This document shows, piece by piece, positions 24,582-39,292 of a DNA stretch of 64,000 nt (within the stretch, counting starts at the first letter, position 1; every line of letters starts with the position of its first letter). The notes under the pieces are model-generated. The model saw only the letters and a program-made list of their open reading frames with translations. It did not search any database and was not told the origin of the DNA. This DNA is from Phoronis australis (lineage: Eukaryota > Animalia > Phoronida). Where the stretch lies: NCBI GenBank assembly GCA_002633005.1, contig NMRA01000285.1, positions 62,001 to 126,000 of the forward strand, written 5' to 3'. A program made the position numbers and the translations under genes.

Positions 24582-27500
24582 CTCTCTCTGTTATCATTTG
24601 CTGCTTAGAACGCACTTGTATGAAAGCCCACGTACTTAGAAAAAGCGGCTCTTAAAAAGAACCAATCTCTTGGGGCGCTTTCTTGCTATTATTACGCTGG
24701 CGAGTATATTTTGATAAACTTGAGGCGGTGTTTTAGATCTCAATCTGGCGAAAGTGAGCATTATAATCACCGGCTTTTATATATCATATGAAAAATAAAT
24801 ACCTTATAATTTTTGGTCACTTAAAAGATACAAACACCTTCTTTGTGGCTCATTTATGAAGTGTTTTCAGAGTAAACGTCCCTAGGCAGAAAGTTATAAA
24901 CTCGATAAATAAAAAACAAATCCATCTGGAGAGAAAATGACTGTGTGCAAATTTCGCTTTATCAGTCAGTGTTCGCGGATATGAACGACTTCCCTTATTA
25001 TGAAGTACAGTTATTTGGTAAAGCATGTTAGCGAACAGTTTTCGTTTCAATGCTCTGTCTGAAGAACCAGGTGTTCGCCGTCAGGAAGGAGACTTCTCAG
25101 GTTTAACTTTTTGTTATGAAATATCACTGTGATCTAGCGGCCATTCTATGGTAATTGTTATTGTTTTGTAAAGGAATCTAGACGAGTCTGCCGTTCCCAC
25201 CGCCAAGGATTCTGACTCGGTTGGAACTCGTCTTCAAAAACAATATTGTACGCGCAAAATGTAATCGGAGAAACCCAGTCGGTGACTTTTCACAGGAAGA
25301 ATTGACGAAAGGCACGAAGCGAAACTATTTGTGCCCTTGTTAGTATATATACTTTAGACGAAATAGATTTTAGAAATCACCTGTCAACTAGCAAGATCTT
25401 TAACAAAAAATATGCGTTTGATATAAATAATTTAACGTTTTCACAATAAACGTGTAGTCATCAAAAATGTTCTTTTCGTGATTTTGTCTACCGAAACGTT
25501 ATCCAATATGCGATGCAAAGGAGCAAAATGACATCGAACTTGGTAAAAGTGTTTTGATCAAAAATGAAACGCGAAGGAAATTTCACACCCAAAATTAGAA
25601 GACACTGCTTGTAAAGGTTGCTTAGAAACAAAGATTTATCAGTATAGAATTCAGATTGTCCACTAGTTCGCCGATAACATGTTCAGAGACTAGGAAGTTT
25701 TAATTTTTGACGTTATACGAAATTTGAAGACTGCTTAATTTTTTTCCAAATAACTTTTCGAAGCAAAAGGACTGTTTTAGTCTGGTGTACAAAGGAAAAT
25801 AACGAACACGTCTATAATAAAAGTTGACATGTTTATATTTGGCACTCTCGATGATGACTCATAGATTCCTAAATTCAGAGTTTGTGTTTGGTGTAACAGA
25901 TTTTCATACACGTGACCAATTCTAATCCTGTCACTTGTTTACGCGTACGGTTTACACGTTAACGCGTTAATCGGGCCACCCGTGCATTAATTAACCCGTT
26001 AATTGTGGTGCCACGATTTCCGACAACGGGTTGATCTCTAGGACTTGTACAGTAATAAAACCGACCACTTGACCCTGTCACTTATGCTGCGTGAACTTGA
26101 TTCAGATTCTGGCAGACTCAGCGGAATCTGCTAGTTACTGTTGATGTTTTGCTGACGTACTATAATGGTGTATGGTTTGACTTCAGAAATGATCCCAGAG
26201 ACGAACACCTGTCGACTGAGTGGGACCGACTGACAACATTTTAGTGTTGTGTTGAGGCTATAGTTTCAGAAATAAATCACCACAGGGGACAAAGGCTGCC
26301 TTTAATGTGTATGGCATGCATTACCTCTTGTGGACCAATTAAGAAAATATGAAGCCCCAAACATATTCAGCTGGCTGGGATGAAATCGTAATTGATAGTC
26401 ATTACGTAACTTTGTAAGTTCACTATCATTGATTGATTTTGACCTGGTTATTGGATTCTGAATTTAATTATTGATTTGGACATTTCCAACTTAGATATAC
26501 AAATTAAGAACAACGAAAAAAATGGCATGTAGAACGTCAGAATCTCTGTGTGGTGAAGTCAAATGTTTAGAGCGTTGCAAATTGCCATAACTCTATAGGC
26601 CAGGCAAGCGACATGTTACACTTCTAGTACAAACTGAATGCGAGTTAGCACCGTATGCAGGACTCGATTAACGCACTGACGTGCATAACCCGTACGCGTT
26701 AGCAACTGGAAATCTGAAAAATAGTGTGAAGTTTATGATTCTATGCTGCAGGGTATACGGTAGCGACTCGTTGCTGTTACCCCAGACGTACATCAAGCCG
26801 CACGGTTTCCGAAGTGAGGTCATGTTAAAGAGCCTTAATGGATTTTACGGCCGAAAAATTATGTTGGGGATTAGTGTTGGGTGGGATAAGCTTCTTGACG
26901 TCCCAGACTCACGAAACAACAAAATTTGTGATTTTGTTACAAATCATAAATTCTCGTCGTGTTCTGCAAGGCATTCGCTAAATCGATTAATACGCTTGGA
27001 GTACTCTGCCATTTATCGACTATGTCTTAGTTCAGCCAACAAAGTATTGTACTGTGGCTGATCTTAGAAAAAAAACACGTTACTCGTCAATAACGCCACT
27101 GTTAAACACAAAATACTGTCACACTTCATATTTGCAGTGGTTGTAATTCGGCATTCAAGGACACATGGAAGAAATTTGTTTGTAATTTTGCTGAAAATAA
27201 TCAATATCCTTGAACATACAGTACAAGTACTGTACCTTTTTCACAAATCATGGCATACATCCAATTCAGTGACTATTGAAGAAAATAATGTGCAACCGTT
27301 AGAAAATATAATCCTGTTTCTTAAACTAAACCCTCCCGTACTCATAAGTAGGTCTATTTTTAGAAGTTCTCGGAAAATGACCAACCTTGAAAAACAGTGT
27401 ACTTAGGTTAAATAATTTTACAATGGGCATGGTATCAACAAGAAATATTTACCGTAATCCCTGTGAAGCAAAACTTCGCTCTTTTTCATTTTCTCCATCC

Positions 27501-29661
27501 GCGTTGTGTCTTTTAAAAGCATGACACCTTACATGATTTCATAAGCGTTTCGTTTGACAGTGATGTTTAACGGATGAAAAGTTAACGACACTTGCATTAC
27601 TTCTCATATTTCTGCTCGTCACGGTCGTTCACAAACTTAATTAACTCCCGTTATCTGAACAAAACAAGTCACACTCGTTTTAATTAACGTCGGAAATGTA
27701 TTATTTAGATTTGTATGGTTAAAACACACCTAATACATAGATAATAACCGTTATTAACTTTTCTGTCGTCATATACATCAACTCGTACACAGGTCATAAT
27801 TTTACCTGTTGTTCTTTAACAGCCCGCTTGTGCTGTCCGTGATCTCTGAAGAGGTGCATCTGCAGTGTATATCAGAATTTAGGCACACAACACATTCACG
27901 TTAAGCCAAACAAATGTTGAAATACCATGCGATTGAAAATTGGGTTGCTTAATGATTGCTATAATTGCAATTTAAGTTAAAATTACATTAAAAATTATCA
28001 ATGGATAAGAAATACAATAAAACCCCGTTTTAAGTGGCATAGACAGACTAAATTGTATCATTCAAACTGTTCGTCAGTTATTTTCAATGTTTGTACGTAA
28101 AGATATTGAATTTCTATTGATGTTTAAGAATTTTAAGCATTTTTCCTTTAGTTTCAAATTTCAAAAAGCGATCTGTCAACTGCTGGTCTCTTCGTCGTCT
28201 TTTCTCTCACACGGCAAAGCACCTCTCCTTAGTTTATGGCTATAGAATGACGTGGGCTATTTCCCTAATATGGAAAATGTGACCTTTCACCTCTTGTGTG
28301 AACAAAGCAATGGTGACTTCAAGAAGCAGTCAGTCCGACGTTTTGAGCCCATATGTTATTAGTAGCTGATAATTTGAAAACTGCATTGAGATGAAAGAGT
28401 TTTTATGTCGCCTGTGTTTCAAAAATAGTGAATCTCGTGATTTTTCAATAAATTCTTGCAACATGAAAATGAATGCCTCTAAGGTAAGCATCCCCAAGAA
28501 GTAGATTCGCCACTATCTGTTTACAAGGAGTTTTCGTGTTCCATACCTCTCTAAAATATTCACCTCTACAAGAGACATCCAACTGCGTCTTCCAGGAAAG
28601 TTTAGGGGTTGGTACTTGTGTGCAGAGCATTTGAACAAGAAATGTCGCGAAAAAACACTATTTCGGATATCGTATAGGCGCACGGATCTAAAGACGGGCG
28701 TATTAGGTGCCATAAGAGGCGATCGTTGGTAATCTGTTTTCCGTTACCTTATATCATATGTAGTACTGATACGATTGAACGTTTTAAATTGCGATAAAAT
28801 AATTCACATCATTTATAATTGCGCACTTAATGATCAGGAAATTTGCAGTCCTACGAGAAGTTTGTGGGGTTGAAAATACGGCCTGCTTCATGATAAGGGA
28901 TTTTTAAAACAAGTCAGAAATTTTATCTTAAGCTCCACAAAACCACTTACGAAAAATAATCAAATCTTACTTCAGTCCAAAGTATCTGAAAATACACCCA
29001 TAACTCCTAATTTCTGAGGTAATTTCTTGATTGTGGTGCACTCATAATTATTTCAGCAACTGAGAAATGGGAGAGTAAGGCGACATTTCTATTTCACTTC
29101 TGAGGGTCACTTTCATGAAAAGAACCCCAGAGTGTAATTTTCACCCAGAGAAGACTGTGAAAATAGATATGAAAACCGTGCACAAGTCACACTAGCATGG
29201 TCTCTACAGGCGCAGTCATACATCATATCTGGACACTAGGCTGATGAATTTTTGAACCAACAGTTAAAACTGTTTACGCCTCTCAGCGGTTTGTGAAACT
29301 TGCCTGGTGCTGGAAATGAATAACACCTCACACGAAGATTTATCCGACATGTTGATCTATTCAAGTAAACTGTAACTTTCCAAATCATACTAAATGTTTC
29401 AATTATCTCGTAGGGTTCATAGCTTAAAAAACATGATGTCGGGTAGCGAATTTCTCGTGAAATCCGGCTTTTATGGCTGTTTGGAATAGCAAAGTTTCAA
29501 GGCATGACACAACTGAGTGTTAGTGGATTGTTAGACATATCTTTGGACTAAGTGAGGAGGAATTTCTCGGATTATTTGTATATGTAATACCCATGTTTTG
29601 CTGGTTGGATGTCGACTCTTTCACAGACCAATGAACACATGTGGTAAGTGAGGCTATATTC

Positions 29662-29759
29662 ATGTGCGGGTTGAAAATCATCGGTCACTACTTTAACTGC
29701 ATCCAGGAGGCCATTGTGCGGGCTAGGAAATCATTGGCCACTGCCTTAACTACACCCGG
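29662..29759. repeat. ~52-bp diverged tandem duplication
   Basis: TGTGCGGG..(G)AAATCAT(C/T)GG(T/C)CACT(A/G)C(T/C)TTAACT occurs twice. Confidence 0.65.
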
Positions 29760-31753
29760 GGCGGGCTTCACGAAAATCTTCCAAAATCAAAGGTAGATTT
29801 TAGCTATCAGTACAAGCAGAAGTTCTTGGAAACGGATATCTGCGTAATGAAGAATGTTCGGAACTACTGGTTACAAAGTTATCAACTTTCCAAGCCTGCC
29901 CACAGATAGCTCTGTCTATGCAAATCTGTTTCAGTAAATATCCATTCAAATTTTACGAGTACAACAATTATATGGGAATTCGTGATCAAATATTCTGAAT
30001 GTGGGACTTTGACCAATGTAATATGCGGCTTGCTTGTGTTAGATTTAACAAATATCCATCTGGCGCAGAGGCTTGAGATTCGATTTCAATAAAATTTCCA
30101 GATTTTTGCTTACAAAGCCTTTCAAAGGCAGTAGAATCGTTAGCCTTGACATCGAATACAGGTAAGAAGCAAGCTGTCAGTATGTAACCATGATTGATCG
30201 CGATGAGAAAAATGACATGTGACATACTGTTGTTTACCAGCCCCTGGTATTTATTGAGCTTGTACACTGAATATCAGGCAAGGCGTCTGGTATGGCAATT
30301 TACTTATTAGGTGCTGCGATGAAATGAAAATCTATTCAGGTTAAATGTGTTTCGGTCCAATTAGTAGTTCTGAAACTCAAACAGCTGTTACTATAAGAAG
30401 CAAACGGCAAGGTAAAATATTACAAATCGTGCTCGTGTTTTATAAGGAATTTCTGATTACGAAAGATTTTGAAAAGCTTTTCAGGGTTGTTCTGGCCCAC
30501 GGAAGGTACCAGCCCGCTTATTCTCCTGTAGAGTTTTCTTACGTCATGGAAAATGGTGCTCGTCAGACCCGGTGCGCGCTCTCACCCTGCGGTGGTGAGA
30601 CGAACACATCTGCATAGCTACTGGCGTTATAAATTACGCATAAGAAAGGCAACATCTATTTGTTTGTGCTTTTGTAGAAACCAAAACTGATAATAAATCG
30701 AACTTGACAAGGAATATTTTTATTTTTTTCAATTTGTTTCTTATGCAGGTATCAAAGGTCGTATTTCCGCCATAATGTGTCCAGAATTAAAGTCTGCATT
30801 TCTTATTATTGTCCTGTCCGAAAAAAGCTAGAACACGTACTCCAAAAAGTCGGTCTTGGATTTTTCATATTTTTTACGATAAGGAACATTTCTGGCTTTC
30901 CCAAATCAAACAACGTTTTATAATCCGGATTACTAGTACTTCCAAATTTCAAGACAATCGTAGATTATCTCTCAATTCTAACCAATATATGAAGGAGACG
31001 TTTTAAGCCACTATATTCTAATCAGTATCGAAAATAACTTTCTTCACACGTTTTTTTCATCTTCCAACGCAATGGCGTCGTGTGTTTATCCTCTACTAGA
31101 GTTGAAATTGGTTGCAAACATCAAAACACATGGAATATTCCCGACTGTCCTGGCTTCACTGCTACGATGGATGAAACTAGCGTGCCGTGACATGCAATAA
31201 AGAAGTGCCCGTTGTTCTCAAGCCTCTAAATCATATATAATCTGACGGAGGAATAGCAACCGATGTTATAACATTGAGCCGGTCATGAGACCGCCTTCCG
31301 TTACAAAAAAATGATTTAGACCATTCACAGTTACGTAATTGACCACAAACTGTTCCTTAGTCAAAACATACTTGTGATTTCGGTTAGTCCGTTTATTTGC
31401 CTGAAACTAGAGTCTAGAAGTTGACTTGTCTTGGCGTCAAAATGTTATTCGTCGAGAATTGTCTCGAGCAATAACTTAATTAGTGGTTTAAACCAAAAGT
31501 TGTTTTTGTGACTGAAGGCCCAATTTGATGTACTGACATATTTTTATTAAAGTTCAATGCAGTAAATGAAAGGAAGTGGGGGTTTAAATTAATTTCCGTT
31601 TCTTTTTGTGAAAACGTACATTCCTATGTAAGAATATGTTTGATTTGGTCTACATAATTCTTTTTGTACCACAATATTAGCCTCGAATGGCAGATACAAT
31701 CGTGTAATAACCCATAAAGTTGTCTCACTAGTGAGATAGCATTTCGGCGGGAA

Positions 31754-31822
31754 ACCGAGGCCGGATTCGAACCCGGGCTTCAACAGTTGCGAGTCGCCGA
31801 CTTTACCACTAAACCACTCAGC
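31754..31822 (-). mobile_element. tRNA-derived SINE head or tRNA pseudogene
   Basis: Minus strand GCTGAGTGGTTTAGTGGTAAAG...CTCGCAA...CCGGGTTCGAATCCGGCCTCGGT. It has an A-box (TGGTTTAGTGG), a B-box (GGTTCGAATCC) and an intact T arm, but a poorly paired anticodon stem. Confidence 0.7.
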
Positions 31823-32260
31823 GGCAGACGTCATAAAAACGATATTTTAATTCAGTGAAATTTTTCTCTCGTGTTCTCTCACTTATAAATCACCGATCAC
31901 CAATTTGAATGCAGGTGTCGTGTGGTCGAGATCCTTTGAGTTGAGCATTATAGTCAGTTACTAGTGGTAACCTACTTTAGCAGACGATATATTCCAGGTC
32001 GAAGCCTAGTGTGATGAAATGTGTAGTAAGCTATAACAGTTGCTAAACCTTAATTTATAGATTCACTTTATTTCTATTTTGTTTTATTTTTCAATTGGTT
32101 TTGAGTAAAAGCATTATTTTACAAAAATATCTCGGCTTTTCTTAAAAGGTCACGACCTCCGACTCCGGGCCTCTGACACAGAAAGTAGTTACAAAGCCGA
32201 GGCGAGTCGAGAAAGGTAGATCGATTCATTGCAATGTTTCTCGCTCAGTATGTGGTATAA

Positions 32261-32396
32261 ATAGATTATTACATGTTCTCAGTCGTTATCCCCCTTATCT
32301 AGAGCCCTCGGGCTAACGCCCCTCGGGCGATAATTCTCCAAAATCCACTCGGGCTCTAGATAACGGGGATAACTACTTCGCCATGTAATAATCTAT
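32261..32396. mobile_element. Short palindromic MITE with long TIRs
   Basis: ATAGATTATTACATG...GTTATCCCCTTATCTAGAGCCC versus GGGCTCTAGATAACGGGGATAAC...CATGTAATAATCTAT. Internal CTCGGGC repeats. Confidence 0.8.
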
Positions 32397-35300
32397 ATGT
32401 ATTGGGTGGTTATCCCCCGACCGTATTTCCCATGGCATCACCTTTGTTGTTGTTTGCACGTGCGTGAATAAACGTTTGTCAGCACAAGTCTAGTCTCAAA
32501 AAACGTTCGACACTACTTTCAATACACTTACAAAGCGCATTCACTCTCTTTCACGCACTGCAGCTAAATTTCCTTCCTTCTTATTGTCTACGTATCAAAA
32601 TACTTAAGTAGGTTAATTTTTTTTAAATACATGTAGGTTAATTAATGCCATCAAACTAGGTTCAAAATTAACAACAGCGGCCCACGTTTGGAAAAGCTAA
32701 CCAAACCATTCAAATGATGCATTTTGACACTTTTTACATGCTGATTAGCGATGTAGTTAAGAGAGTACTAGGGAGTACGTCGTCCCCTTACTTTTTCAGA
32801 CACGCGATGCGTTCCCTAAAGCTCCAGTCACACAGAAAATACGACCAGGTTACGACCGACTTGCAATCCAAATTTTGGGAAACCGCAGGACAACCGCTTG
32901 AAGAACAAATGAGCTCTGGATACAGTGATCAGTCGCACGAACGGTTATTGGTCACTTACTTTGATCTCACCACCAATAATGATCGCTTCCACCGCAAAAT
33001 TGTCTGCGGTCGATCGCAATATCGATCATGCGACCTGTTATGCGATCCAAGTCAAAGAAATTTCGAGGAGATTGGTTGTTCCACCACCAGATCGCGATTC
33101 GGTGTAATCGGAGTTTCTGTTTTCCTCTGTGATCTCAGTTTAGTTCACTTGCCGTAACGGTTCATTTCAGCAAAACATCCTGTAGCACATTTCTTTGGCA
33201 TTACGTCTTTATTTTTTGTGACTAGGCGTCCTCTCATCATCATTTCAGATCTCCTCTGATTTTGGTAACCCGGATGATCTTCTTGGGTCGTAGTTTGTGT
33301 TCTATTATCGTACGTAAACTTCTGTTACATATTTTATGCTAATGAAAAATCTATTGATAATCTGCAATTAGGAAGTGACTGGGATGAAAATGTGTTTAAT
33401 GTTATGTTGGACCTTAGAAAAATAATGGACTTTCGGAACATCTTATCTCAGAAACAGCTGATCGGATTCATATGCCATGCTTTAGGCACTGTTCTCGGGA
33501 ATTGTTTTTAAATTATTCCACTTTTGCGTGAGGGCTTTCAAATACAGGATTTTTAACAATTTTTCATAAAAAAATCTTTTTTAAGTTGCTTAAAACAAAA
33601 CGAAACGATATTAGAAAAAAATGTAGCAGTGTTTTTGATATCTCGTATTGAACATTTGTATTAAAAAAGATTTCATCATGATATTGCTATCAATGTACTT
33701 TTCTTTTTATTTTACAATTTGTACTAAAAAGGCTTGGTCACGTGACCAACTTAGAAACAGATTGGTAAAATATAAGAAATCCAATTCTACACGCTTTCTA
33801 CTGTCATGCATATTTTGCTAAAGGCACAGATTTGCCGATAATGTTCTACGCAATCTTACGCACGAGAACAAACAAGGCAAGAGACACTGAATGCAATGCT
33901 CGTAGTAGGCTGTCAGCGAGCAGAAGATTTGCAGTCCGGCCTAGTAGCTGTTTGTCTAGAGCCCCGAACCGATGCGCTCAACTGTCTACCTATTTATCGA
34001 TCTGCTGCGATTCAATTTACAGCAAGATCAGTTCCAATGTGCACAACTGTAATCAGATGCAGAACGAGGAGACACTAATTAATTTTTTTATATGCACTGA
34101 AGTAAATGGATTCGAAATAGATTATTTTATAAGAAAAGGAGATTGCCGCAAATATTTGAAATTGTTCACGGGGCTTTTGTGGTTCTTTTAAGATGGGACG
34201 AAGCTAAGTGGGACAAATAAACGTGTCTAAAATAGACGACTACGAATGATTAAGTGGAGACATAGAGGCTACAATCCCGTCTTAAGTCACACAAAACAAA
34301 TTTTGCATTAGACCACTTACCGTTATCAACTTGGTTTCAAATTGTTCTGCAGTCAAAATACATGAGATTTCTGGCATTATTTCTGGCGTTGCTGCTTGAG
34401 ACTTGCTCCACAAATTCTTGTAAAAGTTCCACTGATTTTTCACAAAATGGTTTTTGGTTGCCGCAAACTTGATTTTTTTCCATTATTGATTAGATTTCGC
34501 TTTGGGATAGATAGATAAAGTTTGTTAAAATCCAAAACTTTTTCGTCGCTAAAAACTTGCGTTTGACTTAATAATATTCACTTTTGTTTGTAACCATTAA
34601 CAATGTCAAAAAAGAGGGTTAAAGTATTATTGCGTTAATTGTATTGCGGTGTTTCAATCACTTCAAACTGCACTTGAGACCTATATTTACAATCGTACTT
34701 ACCAGCACGCTGATAGTTGGCCTCATCGATGCGAACTCGCCAGGATTCGCACAGAAACTGACGTATGCCTTTGTATTCCAGTCTCTATCTAATTGACATT
34801 GATGGAGACGAGCATGAGGGAAAAGTAAACACCCCATTTTATTTATCCAGCCGTGTGTAAATACATTTCTTCTCTAACAAATTTAGCTTAGCATGTTTAT
34901 GAATTATGTATACATCGCTTCAAGATATTTTTTATGACGATCAGAAGTGAGACACAGTCAACTGGAATAGGTTTGTACAAACCAAACCTTGGCAGATGCC
35001 TTGAAATTTTAACCCGAAGATTTATGTGCTTAGTTATCGATTTCCTTGCATATGTTGCGTCTATGTCTCTCCGTTACCCCGTTCTTATTCGGGCGAAATC
35101 TAGTACATCGCAAATAGGGCTGTACACTATTTAATCTTGTCGAAGCCATCCGATAACATATTTCAATAATTTAGAAGCGATGCGGTTAATACTTCTCGAA
35201 ACTTGCTCGTGTAACGGGATTTATCAATGCTATGAAAGTTATGTCGAAAATTTTGGTTAATCTTTCGTCTATGTCGAACATACATCTTTCTGGCCGAACT

Positions 35301-38300
35301 TGAATCCCAAGGCATCTTCGGCTGATTTACAGCAGTACGCCCAACTGTTCTCAGGTTTAATATCACTTACGAAGTTTATTCATTCAGTTGTACATTCACG
35401 TTCACGACCCAAAACATTCCCAGACAGAAGCAATAAGAAAACATGACGGGGCCGATTTTTCCTTTGGTTTTTGCATTTAAAGACAATCTTTTGTATTTTC
35501 ACCAGCTTAGAATACATAACTAATATCAACAACAGGCGCCACTAAAGAAGGAACATTTCAAAATTGCGCCTTTATTTGTGTTTTTTCTTTCTGGCAACCC
35601 ATGAACATTTCAATGCTATTTAGCTGTGGCGACCATTTAATGAAAAATGAAATATTGATATTTTGTGAATATTCGACATCGATTCCTAATTGTTCAGAGA
35701 GAACATTTGATTACGTGTTGAAAGGGCGTCATTTGGGAATAAGTTTAAACTAGATTATTGAGTATTTGTATTTGTGTATGATTATCTAACGTTTCAAAAA
35801 AGTTTAAACTAGATGGTTTGCCGTCAGATTCCTTTTTAAAGTTTTAACAGAAAAGAGTCCGAAAGAGTATCTATCTTCAATTACTTGTTGGTATATGAGC
35901 CAAGGTTTGCAGCTCCAGTCGTGCATAACCTGAACGGTTTCAAAGATAAGTTTGAGATGAGGGTTGTTTAAAACTGGTTTAACCCGCCTCTGAGAAATTT
36001 CTGAAAGTACCCTGCGAACCCGCAGTGCCACACCAAAAAACCCGGTGCTGCGTTCCCGACCCGGCCAAGACATTTGTGAAGCACTTGCAATGAAAAATCT
36101 TAGCTTGGAACGAAAGCAGCCGGGTGAAGTCTATTCCTTAATTTAACACTCTCGCCTGGGCACTCACTTTTCACTCTCGTGATTTTCCGTGGTTTCATAT
36201 GATCTTGCTTCATCGATATCATCTTACATCTTCGTAACGCACCCCAGGCACTGCCAAAGCCGAACAAAATCCATGCCGTTGAGGGGCGAGTGATCATAAA
36301 GATACTCGAAATACAAACTTTTATGTGTAATACATAGAAAAATATATACTGAAAACACCATGATTCGAACTGTGATTGGCTAAACGGCACCAGTTAGCAG
36401 TAAAGAGGAATCTTTTTAATATTTGAGTTTTTGTGCAGGCTCTACGTACATGCTGGGTTGCTAACTCTAGTAGGTACGAATGGTTGTTTCATCTGTCGAC
36501 ACCAGAGGGCAGTGAGATAAGGAACTCGTGTTTTGGGTATTTGCGAGATGGTGAAATACTTCACTTTGACTGACGTGTTCCAGTTTGAGAAAGACAACGT
36601 CGCGGATTACTATTGGATGGGATAGACTTTTTAAAGTTATTAGCTTTGTACAGCGGTCTGTTTCATGACAGTGACGTAAGATTTAAGACCGACTTGGTTT
36701 TACACTCTCACTTCACAATTGGTAAAAAAGGTTCAGCTAAGTAGTTTTCAGCGCATTAGTCTAAAAATAATAGTTGTCTCAGTAAACACCAGCTATGTGT
36801 ATGTTCACAGAGACACTGGACTTTTGCACATTGGTTAGATTTTTTTCAGAAATAGTTGTGTAAAGTGCAAGGCCAAATTTCTGACTTAAAATTCTTAAAT
36901 CACTTTTCATGAAACATATGTACGTACTGTAGTAATGCGACTGTGCACTGTTGCATTACAAGTTAGATATAGAATATAAATGATGGCACATTTGCGCATC
37001 ACTTTAATTCCTATAGCAAGTGGTTTTACGTCATACGGTCTGTCTCGGAAAACAAAGAATAATAATTTCTTTTGTAGTAGTCATTTCATTTGTGATCTAC
37101 TGAATGGAATGATGAACGTAACAAGTTACAGTGAGTATTGTAGCAGCTTATCTCAGCATGCAAATCGCTGTAGTTTTGAAATACCTTAAGTTTACAGTGG
37201 GATTTTTAAGAACTTTTATGTCTGAAAATGTGATAAAAAAGTCAAAACTCCATCTCTTCACATACAATTACCAGAAAGCCAGGATTTTTGCATTTACCAG
37301 ATTAATGGCTTCTTTGACTACATTAACCCGAAACAACAAATCCCTGTATTCATGGGCTCTAATTAACCGTTTGATTAATGAATAGTGGAATCAATTATTT
37401 AAATCAATGGCATAATTACGTTGACATTTACATGCAACAAACAGTCTGGTTTAAAGAAACTACATGTTCAGCGTCAGCTGCTCCCAGGTACATGTATACG
37501 CGTTTCGTAATTTCGTTGTGACGTAAAAGGTCACGTTACTTGTATTTTGCTTGCACTTCGGGAACACGGAATTTCAACCGATGTCTGAAATATTTGCAAG
37601 TAAATGCCAATGACTTCAACTTCTTTGTGGAAAATGTTCAAATATTTATTAAAAACTCGTAAAATGTTGCCTGGTTTCAATTCCACATGCTTGAAAACAA
37701 CCAAAAATGGTGAAAACAGGAGTTCAGCAACTTTTTACTGTAGTTAGACCCAGTGTTTCTGTAGTTTTCATAGATTTTACGTTGCTTGTATTGCATTGTA
37801 CTACACTGTGGTATTTTGTATCAGGGCTACTGTAGAAGTCACAGTTCTTCAGTCTTTTACTCAGTCACGTGCTCAGTCATTTTTGTAATACTGCAGTCAA
37901 GAAATATGATCAGACGTTTGCCTGTTTTCAATGTAACACGACAAGATGTGTAGAAGATCATTAGTTAACCCTCATGTTATATCTTGATGTTGGAACCAAA
38001 ACTGTAACCGTGTCCTGTTCAGAGACGGGGTGACACAAGCAGACTTCGGCCATTTACGCCGTCTTGTGTTCTGACACGGCTCCATCCTGATACACGTGAT
38101 AAATTCATTATTTTGCCGTCTTTGCACGGCTACTGTAGCTGTTCACGATTACGTCTGTCTTCTTTTTAGCCAACCTGAAAAGCAGAAAACAACAGGTGCA
38201 GCTTCCAAGAACTAGCTTCGTTAGAAGCTCGTGCGCTATGACATGAGAAGGACATTTGAAGGCAAGAGACACACAGACAGACACAGAATTCAGAATTTGT

Positions 38301-39009
38301 GCAAAAGGTTACACCTCAAGTTAGGCCTAGCGGAAATTTCCGAATAAGTGCTTCCCCAAGACAGAAGGCATACGGCCACTTTGTCAAAAGGTTGTCAACA
38401 TGCTCCCATAAGATCTACTTTCAAAGATGCGAACATCATCAGGTCGTATTGTAAATAACTTGACTGGCTTTTGGAAATTGGGTGGCCTACACAAAAATAC
38501 AGTCAAACCAGACCATAAGCGCAGGTGTCGCACCAAGTACCAAAATACTCTCGACCATTGCACGTAATTTTAATAGTTTTTTCGCAAGAATGCCCTTAGT
38601 ACCGGCTGAGAAACGTTCATGAAATGAACATTTCTTCGAATCCGCATTTTGGAGAAAAATGGTGTTATGAAACAGCGCTCTTGAGAGCTTACTCGAAACT
38701 TCCAGACTAGAGTTACGGAAGAAATGTGGTCTTTGAAGCAAAAGACAACAGTGTTTCAGAACTCACCTTCTTTCGATTATTATATACCAGTTGTGCAAAT
38801 GTTGTGCGTTTACGTGACTAATCTGGCAAGTGCAGTGTCTACTTGAAAAGAAAAGATGGTGAAGAAATGCCTTCACACAACATAGAGACTTTCCATCTAT
38901 CTATCTTAAGGACGGGTAACGTGTCAGGTTCGCTGTAAAGAAGAAGACACAGATGCACACTTGTGTACGCACATAGACCGACCGTCTGTTCTCTGAAGAG
39001 TGACTTCAA

Positions 39010-39178
39010 ACTTAACTCAGAAATTTGGGTCTTGCGCTCCACACAACTATTCCTGAAAACTAGTGAAATCTCACTAGTTACTGAGAAATTTCAATCAATA
39101 AATTATGGATTGTGGTGCACTCATAATTACTTGAGAAGTGGGACAGTAACATCAAATTTCTTTGTTAGGTCTTAAGTC
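39010..39178. mobile_element. Degenerate second copy of the 17297-17499 MITE family
   Basis: CAGAAATTTGGGTCTTGCGCTCCA at ~39018. Degenerate right end ATCAAATTTCT at ~39151. Confidence 0.55.
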
Positions 39179-39240
39179 ACTTTTTGAGACGTAGACCGCA
39201 AGTGTTACAGGTGATTACAGTTTCCAGAAGGACAGACATG

Positions 39241-39292
39241 TCAGCAATGAGGAACCAGTGATGTCATCAGCAATGAGGAACCATTGATGTCA
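39241..39292. repeat. 26-bp tandem duplication
   Basis: TCAGCAATGAGGAACCA(G/T)TGATGTCA x2. Confidence 0.9.
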
